From Octopus sinensis (taxonomy: Eukaryota): a stretch of DNA of 15,500 bases. The translations under genes were made by a program, and so were the position numbers. Where the stretch lies: positions 1 through 15,500 of the forward strand of contig NW_021825504.1 in NCBI RefSeq assembly GCF_006345805.1. The letters are read 5' to 3'. The notes under the pieces are model-generated. The model was given only the letters and a program-made list of their open reading frames with translations. It had not been told where the DNA came from and made no database searches. Of this stretch, positions 8,144 through 15,500 are shown one piece after another; position 1 is the first letter of the stretch; each line of letters begins with the position of its first letter.

Positions 8144-8671
8144 ACACGCTATGTGTGTGCGTGTGTGTACACAGTTTGGGGTTCTTTGGGTGGATTTTAG
8201 TGGCGATAATGGTTTTGTATCAAAGTCACTGCGTCACCAACAGACGGCGCTGATGTGCTGATCTGTTTGTTTTTACGTATCTCTCTCTCACCACTAACAC
8301 CGCCTCCACCACCACCACTACAAACAACAACAACAACAGACGTTATGTTCACTTGAAGTTCCGCTTCAGACCGGAACTGGCCGCGGCGGCGTGTGTGTAT
8401 GTGTCTTGGAGACTTACATTTCCTGGTCATATCTTGATACATAATGAACAAATAAACATACACCATAGATACACTCTCTCGCCCCCCCACTCTCTCTCTC
8501 TCTCCCTCTCTCTCTCTCGCCCCACTCTCTCTCTCTCTCTCTTTCTATTTATTTATCTATCTCAATGGCAAACTTTTTTCTTTTCCTGCTAATCTCCTCC
8601 CCCCCTCTTCTTTTTCCTTCGTACGACTTTCCCACTCTCATACTCTATCGTCTTTTCTTGCATTTTCCTTT

Positions 8672-8697
8672 TATCTATCTATCTATCTATCTATCTG

Positions 8698-8737
<40 letters not shown>

Positions 8738-8753
8738 ACTATCTCTCTGTCTG

Positions 8754-8792
<39 letters not shown>

Positions 8793-8875
8793 ATCTATCT
8801 ATCGATCTATCTATCTATCTTCATATCTCTATCTATCATCTATCTATCTATTATCTATCTCTATCTATCTATCTG

Positions 8876-8914
<39 letters not shown>

Positions 8915-8941
8915 CTATCTATCTCTCTATCTATCTATCTG

Positions 8942-8979
<38 letters not shown>

Positions 8980-9003
8980 CATCAGTCTATCTATCTATCT
9001 ATC
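8672..9003. repeat. Long interrupted (TATC)n tetranucleotide array
   Basis: About 330 bp of TATC with TC/TGTC variants. Confidence 0.97.
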
Positions 9004-9217
9004 AGTAAGTATTTGAGTGTGTCTACCATATTTGTGTTTATGTTAGTTGGCTCGCGTATATCGCCGTCGTTTGGTGAACAAAAATATGATACAACCGAAT
9101 TAAACAGGTTTAAAATGATTTCAAATTGTCGTTGTTGTCGCTATCATCATCATCATCGTCCCATAATCATAGGACCTTCTCTGAATAAATTTGGAATACG
9201 TAAATCAGAAGATATAT

Positions 9218-9249
<32 letters not shown>

Positions 9250-9351
9250 AATATATATATAATATATTTATAGAAGGAGCTTCTAAGGGACTAGAATGTT
9301 TCAATCACAGGAAATCATCAGGAGCTGATATCCTATATATAAATCATATAT

Positions 9352-9383
<32 letters not shown>

Positions 9384-10254
9384 ATATATATATATAAGCA
9401 TTTAGTAGAAAATATGTAGACAGAGATACTTATGTATGTTGTGTGTGGATATATATATATATATATACACACCACATACAAACAAACTCACCTAAACATA
9501 CTTACACGTACATATACATGGACATGCGTTCATACAGGCATACGTACCTAAATACGTACACATATGCCTCGTTGTATGTGTGAGCGTGTGAGTGTGGTTA
9601 AATATGTCTGATGAACACACGTATTTAGCGCCCGATGTGTATATATTTTGTATAATTCTATTCATCATTATACACAAAAGATGGTCTAAATGCATGTTTA
9701 CATCGTATGTCGTATAAACATCAGTCTCTTGGCAGAGGTAGAGAAGTGTGAATTTGTTTTTCCTTTTTGGTGTGTATATATAAATGTGTGTGTACGCATT
9801 CGTGTCAATGCATGTATGCATTTCTGCATTGGATATACACACACATAGATATATGTGTGTGTGTTTGTATTGTGTGGTGTGTGTGTGTGTGTGTGTGTGT
9901 ATGCACACACTTCCATGCATATCTCTAGGAGGGAATTATATGCTATGATGATATTTTATCGAGTCAAGAGAGTTTATCACTGACAAGCCCGTACACACAC
10001 ACACACTTACACCGCACACACACACACACATACACACACACTTACCCCCACACACCACACACACACACACAATAAGGTTCACGTATGTGTTTATACTTTG
10101 TTCTCTTTGACATTTCCTTTCCTTATAAACATGCATATAAACATCAATATACACACCCGCGCACAAATACACACACAATCTCACACACAGACACATAGAC
10201 AAAGAGAGTGAAAGTGAAGACAGATAGATAAATACATATATACATGCATACTAG

Positions 10255-10287
10255 CACTGTGTGTGTGGGTTATATATATATATATTA

Positions 10288-10332
<45 letters not shown>

Positions 10333-10410
10333 TATATTTATATGACACATTATTTATAACTTATATATCATATATTCATATATATATATATATATATTTA
10401 TATCTAAATA
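10255..10410. repeat. (TA)n-rich tract
   Basis: Direct reading of the sequence. Confidence 0.9.
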
Positions 10411-10674
10411 TACAAAAATATATGTAGGTATCCCCAGCAGTTTTTAAAACGTTGGAACTTCTATGAAGAAGCGATGATGATGATGATGACGATTAGGATT
10501 ATGAAAGGGAGAGGGGGGATGACGAGGTAGATTAATTGGGCAATGATTGTGATAGTGATGATGATAGTGGTGATTGTTGGTGTTCCTGTTGTTGTTGCAG
10601 ACTTGGGGTGATTTATTAAATAACTTCCTCTGAAAGCTATAAATTCATAGGGAAGAGACTATACATACATACTT

Positions 10675-10721
10675 TTAGTCGATTAAACCCCTCAGTATAT
10701 CACTGGTACTTATTTCTCATC
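10675..10721 (-). mobile_element. SINE family B, internal fragment
   Basis: Reverse complement GATGAGAAATAAGTACCAGTGATATACTGAGGGGTTTAATCGACTAAAA matches the AATAAGTACCAG..GGGGTCGA..ATCGAC block of the copies at 11337-11565 and 12222-12458. Confidence 0.7.
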
Positions 10722-10864
10722 TCTAACTCCACATCCAAACTTCAAGACACTCGCTTAAAGAACTAAGTGGAAATGAAGGTGGTTTTGAACTTCAGAACTG
10801 AAAGGTCAAAATGCAATAAGTACCCCAATGTATTGAACCTGACACCGCAGGCAAGAATTGCACT

Positions 10865-11080
10865 TTCAGAACCAATCTCGCATCCTCGGCCCACTTACCT
10901 CGCTCTCTACCTCTTGTCACCCTTGCGGCGTCCAACCTCACTTTTCCCTCCATTAACCACTATGGTTAATCCTTCCTCCGTTAGATACCTTCTCACTGGT
11001 ATCTCCTCCATATTTGTACCTTTGCAACAGTTCAAAGAGAACATTAACTGCAACAATCTCAACAGTTTCAAAGGGACCGT
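10865..11080 (+). pseudogene. Non-LTR retrotransposon (CR1/L2/Jockey-group-like) ORF2 C-terminal remnant
   Basis: Frameshifted translation HPRPT / LSTSCHPCGVQ / SINHYG*SFLR*IPSHW / LQQFKENINCNNL matches the SHP..V....NSF..R....WN.LP....L..FK..I pattern at LINE ORF2 C-termini. Clade assignment is uncertain. Confidence 0.7.
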
Positions 11081-11124
11081 AAAAGCCATGGGCCCTGTCT
11101 TTTCCTTCAGTTCCCCTTAGAGCG

Positions 11125-11325
11125 TTGGATTAAATGATGCCGTATCCATTCCCGGCTCTCTGCACTGCGTCCAAATCCTGCCGCGGTCTATTTTGTCTTT
11201 CGTCACATTTTTAGTTAAAAATTAAAAATCCAAGGATCAGTTAAGAATGAATCTCGAAATTGTCTATTAGGGACCTCCTTTTAAAACTGCTGGCCTTCTA
11301 CCGAAATTAGAAATTAATATTCTTA
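11125..11325 (+). mobile_element. SINE family B, heavily decayed copy
   Basis: GCGTCCAAATCCTGCCGCGGTCTATTTTGTCTTTC (B-box region) and the tail AAAACTGCTGGCCTTCTACCGAAATTAGAAA align with neighbouring copies. Confidence 0.6.
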
Positions 11326-11336
11326 TTTAATCTGCG

Positions 11337-11565
11337 AAAGTCATAGGTTGGTACATTCATTAAAACGTTTGATAAATTACCGTGCCTTTTTAGTTCTGGC
11401 TTTCTACGTTTTGAGTTCCCATCCTGCTGAGGTCATCCTTGTCTTTAATCGATTTAGGGTCGATAAAATGAATTATCAGTCAAGTACTGGAGTTGATATA
11501 AACGACTTTCCCTTCCTGACTGGACTTTTGCCTATGCGCAAACATTTATCAAAAGAGACAATTTT
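11337..11565 (+). mobile_element. tRNA-derived SINE, family B
   Basis: TACGTTTTGAGTTCCCATCCTGCTGAGGTC (B-box), then GGGTCGATAAAATGAATTATCAGTCAAGTACTGGAGTTGAT. Colinear with the reverse complement of 12222-12458. Confidence 0.75.
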
Positions 11566-11569
11566 ATAA

Positions 11570-11990
11570 AAAGTATGAGTGGCAGAATCGGTAGAGCAGC
11601 ATCTTATTTTGTCAGTGGTTCTGGAAGTGGGCAGTATTCCACCCGGGGAGCAGTGGAAAGTTCCAAGGGGGTGTTGAAGTGGGACGATGATGGGTTAGCG
11701 ATTCATGCAAAAATTGGGGCTATAATGGGGTGGCAATTCATGTAAAAACAACAAATTACTGGGTTCACTAGGTTACGTTTTATTTGTGAAATACAGTTGC
11801 TTTGAATTTGCTTCAGAAAGAGGTTTTATGATTGGGATGGTTAGTTGGGGGGAGGGGCACTAGGTTTGTGGCTTGGGTGTTAAGGGGACGACAGCCTGAA
11901 AACGTTTGGGAACTGATGCTTTATATCATGAGTTCAAATTCTAGCCAGGAATGTCTACATCCCCGGAAGATTGATAAAATTAGTTAAATT
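11570..11990 (+). mobile_element. SINE family B copy, interrupted by a MITE
   Basis: A-box TGGCAGAATCGG at 11580-11591. The SINE sequence resumes at 11919 with CTTTATATCATGAGTTCAAATTC (B-box at 11930-11941). Confidence 0.7.
11613..11918. mobile_element. Non-autonomous hAT (Charlie-like) MITE, second family
   Basis: Left TIR CAGTGGTTCTGGAA and degenerate right TIR TTTGGGAACTGATG. Boundaries are confirmed by re-joining of the host SINE. TSD is weak (4/8). Confidence 0.72.
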
Positions 11991-12221
11991 ACTAATCAGC
12001 GTTTGGAAAAGGGCAAGACAAACCAATATGGCTGCAGAATACACCCCGAAATATTTGCCATGACAAGAACCAAATCCTATCAGACCGTCGCTTTATGTCT
12101 GTAAAGCCATGTATGTCACAGCACAACGCAAAACACCCCCTTCCACTACATCAACCGCTACCACCACCACCATAGAACGTATGATATCAATGCCCGATAT
12201 GTCACCCACATCTAGGCAGGT

Positions 12222-12458
12222 AATTTTGATTTCAAAATGATCAGCAATTCTGGGAGATGGGGGAGTAAGACGATTGCATCGACCCCCAGAGATCAACTGG
12301 TACTTATTTTATCGACCTCGACCAGATAATAGACCGCGGAATTTTAACCCAAAACGTGAAGACGTACTAAATGCCGATGGCCATTTTGCCCAGTGTGGTA
12401 GCTATTCGGCCAGCTCGCCTTTGTCCAGTGTGGTAACCATTCGGCCAGCTCGCCGCCT
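12222..12458 (-). mobile_element. tRNA-derived SINE, family B, with a duplicated 5' head
   Basis: Reverse complement GGCGGCGAGCTGGCCGAATGG (A-box)...GGGTTAAAATTCC (degenerate B-box)...GGTCGATAAAATAAGTACCAGTTGATC..GGGGTCGATGCAATCG...AATTGCTG. Confidence 0.85.
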
Positions 12459-12485
12459 TATTTAGACACTTGTGTCGATTTTGGT

Positions 12486-12690
12486 GCCTCTACATGGTCG
12501 TGCAACATGCTAGAGATAGCAGCCAAAAAGGAATCTGCCTGAAACTAATCTTTGATTGACACGGATATTGCAAAATGTTACCTGGATTGAACGACACTTC
12601 ACACGAGGATATGTATGTCACGGCTGGAACGTCCTTGAGAACAGGTGTTCTGCTGGATCGGGACTGACCTGGGGCTAAATAATAACCAGA
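12486..12690 (-). mobile_element. Dispersed repeat family X, copy D
   Basis: Reverse complement TTTAGCCCCAGGTCAGTCCCGATCCAGCAG..CAAGGACGTTCCAGCCGTGAC ... TTTTGGCTGCTATCTCTAGCATGTTGCACGACCATGTAGAGG matches copies A-C. Confidence 0.7.
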
Positions 12691-12949
12691 GCTAATGGAA
12701 AGAAGAAGCGATATATTTACATCGACCATGCGTCACCTCCTCCACTTAACTTCATCAACACTTGCAAATACGGTTGTGGTTTTTTGTGTATATTTTATGC
12801 ATTTTAAACTCATCGTGTTTGTTCCGTTATTTTGTGAGCGTGCGCATGCGTGTGTCGAAATATATAAATAAGGAAGGATAGAAAAACAAGCAGAAAGAAA
12901 GACGGACATAAAGTGACAAATATATATTGACAAAGAAGAGAGAGTCACA

Positions 12950-13345
12950 TTAAATATATAATATATTCGGGTTAGTGTGGTGGAGTATACATAAATATAT
13001 ATGCATATATATATATCCTTATAAACATATATATGTACATATGCGCACTCTTATTCTATCTTTCTGTATATATATATACACACACACTCATACATATGTA
13101 CATATATATATATACACACTCATACATATGTACATATAATATATATATATATATATATACACACGCATATATGTATGTATACATATGTATATATACATAT
13201 ATATGTATGTATATATACATATATATATGCATATATACATACATATATACATCATATCGTATATGTATGCATATATGTCCATACGGGCAGACATTTCTTC
13301 ATACACACCAACATAGAAACACACACATGCACTCACACACATGCA
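12950..13345. repeat. Degenerate (TA)/(TACA)/(CA) low-complexity tract
   Basis: Direct reading of the sequence. Confidence 0.9.
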
Positions 13346-13819
13346 CAGGGTGTGTAAATTGCACACCATGCATGTACACCCACTAATCCTATTGTGCCCT
13401 CAAACTATGGCCATTAATAATGACCAAACACTACGAGACATGTTTGCATACGAAATCAATAAGTTGACCAGAAGCGATTTGCTAAATTTCACTTGGAAAC
13501 GCCGCCATTTTACTTTAGACAGTCTTGCAATGAGATAAAATGATATAAACGCGGCTTTGTCGATATTTCACTGTTAGATAAACACCGTTAATTGATGCTG
13601 CCACTGTTAGCACAAGCGTAGAAGTATGTGTGTGTGTGTGTGTGTGTGTGATAGCGTGTATGTGTGCGTATTATATTTGAGTATCGTGCACACACATACA
13701 CACATCTTTATATGCACTTCTATGCATATAAACATACTCTCATACACATGTACACATATTTTGTTTATATAGACCGTGAGAGATGTATATTGTACTTGTG
13801 TCTACGTAATAGCGTGCGT

Positions 13820-13834
13820 GTATATGTGATATAT

Positions 13835-13916
<82 letters not shown>

Positions 13917-14000
13917 TCAGATATGTTGTGCGCACGCGTTTATTTATGTATATTATGTGTATTAAATGTATGTGTGTGTGTGTATATGTATATATATATT
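13820..14000. repeat. (TA)n and (GT)n tracts
   Basis: Direct reading of the sequence. Confidence 0.9.
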
Positions 14001-14224
14001 AATGTTTGTTTTTATGTCAGTTTTAATAAAACCAATCTTACATTAATCTGATGGCTTACTCTGTACTCTTGTAGAGTACAAATTTATCATTCTTATACAA
14101 GTATGTTGTTGACTGTGACTCCGAAGTTTCGGCCAGCTAATCCATCATATATAAATATCTACACATAATGTATGTGTGTGCGTGTGCGTGTGTGTTTTTG
14201 TGGGTATGAGTTTGAATTCAAACT

Positions 14225-14285
14225 TTTACCATTTTTCTGTTTTCAAGCCTAGCACTAAAACCATGCTGGAGCACTACCTCTTTTC
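14225..14285 (-). mobile_element. SINE family A, extreme 3' fragment
   Basis: Reverse complement GAGGTAGTGCTCCAGCATGG matches AAGGCGGTGCCCCAGCATGG of copy 1, followed by an A-rich tail-like stretch. Confidence 0.55.
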
Positions 14286-14629
14286 CTTTCGTTGATTGTG
14301 CAAAATGCACACAGGAATTTAGCTCAAACAAATTCTTATTCTATCGATAACTTAATTGTCATTTGCACACACATACGCACAAATACACACACGCACACAC
14401 ACACAATATACACACACACACACACTTTGTTCCATTTACTTTATAGAAAAATAGGCAAAACAGCAGGCAAATGTATGTAGACCTGTATATAGAGACAAGT
14501 ATGTGTATATGCAGACACAAACGCGTGTATATAAGTACAGATGTGTGTGTGCGTGTGGTTGTATGGATGAATGTGTTATGAATGCAAGTATGCGTGTGTG
14601 TAGTTAATTCTCATGGTTTACACACAACC

Positions 14630-14929
14630 ATATATATATATATATATATACATATGCACATGAATGTATAAATACATATATGTGTGTACATATATAATGA
14701 CATATACAGACTTAATCTACGCCATTTAAGTTATGTATTTATTTTGACATGCATTTAAATACACTCACACATTATATATAATATAATATAAATGTATGTA
14801 TTATATATAAATATATCTATATATATTATATATATATTATATATATATATATATATACTATATAATAACATAAATATATATGTATATATATATATATAAT
14901 ATATAATATATAATATATATACATAAATG

Positions 14930-14963
<34 letters not shown>
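14630..14963. repeat. (TA)n-rich low-complexity tract
   Basis: Direct reading of the sequence. Confidence 0.9.
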
Positions 14964-14968
<5 letters not shown>

Positions 14969-15500
14969 TGGCGATATAGCTCTATTACTGTAAAGTCTAT
15001 TTTACTGCTTCATTTTCAATTCCCCCCTCCCCCCTCAACTACTCCCTGCTCACCCTCCTCTTACAAATCTTCCGCGTCCTCACTCAACCGACCTACCTAC
15101 CCTATCACGAAACCTTCTTTAGTTTCATTGGTTCCACCTCGTTAAAGCAATGTCTGTCTGTCTGTCTGTTTATCTGTCTTTCCCCCACCACTACCTCCAA
15201 CACCACCACTACTAACTACTCTACCATCTCACCTACTATTCAAGCCCTTCAATCCCTAAGCCGCAACCACCAACGCCACCCTTTTAGGCCAACACTCCCA
15301 GGACAGCCCACCCTCCAGGCCCCTACCACCACTTCCATATTCAAACTAATGGCGTGCTGGAGAGTATAACTAACTATGCAAGGTGACACCTACCTGCTGC
15401 TTATATTATTATATCATTTTGATATATAAACCGGTTCATCATAAATCTCCATTATACGCCTCGTATAGATAATCCTTCGCTTTTCCCTACCTCCTGTCTT

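Noticed and set aside
9608-9640. CTGATGA followed by an ACACA/TGTGT stem (other CTGATGA at 2229 and 5185)
   Set aside because: No GAAA follows the stem, so the hammerhead core is incomplete.
12122-12219. Possible 98-nt + strand exon (AG..CAG|GTAATT; QRKTPPSTTSTATTTTIERMISMPDMSPTSRQ)
   Set aside because: The acceptor is weak, the peptide derives from an (ACC)n tract, and the donor coincides with the tail of an antisense SINE. Only RNA-seq junctions could rescue it.
12385-12454. Direct repeats of CRISPR-like length (also the 24-bp pair at 2868)
   Set aside because: Only two abutting copies with no spacers, in a eukaryotic context without cas genes.
12841-12850. TGCGCATGCG NRF1-like motif
   Set aside because: It is embedded in alternating purine-pyrimidine low-complexity sequence, where such matches arise by chance.

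Overview
Eukaryotic, AT-rich, non-coding (intergenic or intronic) DNA saturated with microsatellites and old transposon debris. The two tRNA-headed SINE families resemble repeats I recognise from Octopus/cephalopod genomes; this assignment is recollection, not a database result. No intact protein-coding gene, rRNA, true tRNA or CRISPR array is supported. Most ORFs in the track are microsatellite read-through, and the rest are short or lie in decayed transposons. Recognisable elements: two SINE families (about 9 copies or fragments), four non-autonomous hAT/Charlie-like MITEs, a decayed mariner transposase (minus strand, ~4765-5517), a LINE RT C-terminal remnant (~10865-11080) and an unclassified ~170-200 bp dispersed repeat in 4 copies. 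The most interesting observation is a candidate type III hammerhead ribozyme at 4687-4745 (+), with an intact catalytic core, three formable helices and one extra nucleotide at the cleavage junction. Two decayed minimal hammerhead-like cores lie at 9289-9321 and 14117-14147 (both minus). Several short, CpG-containing unique islands may be cis-regulatory.
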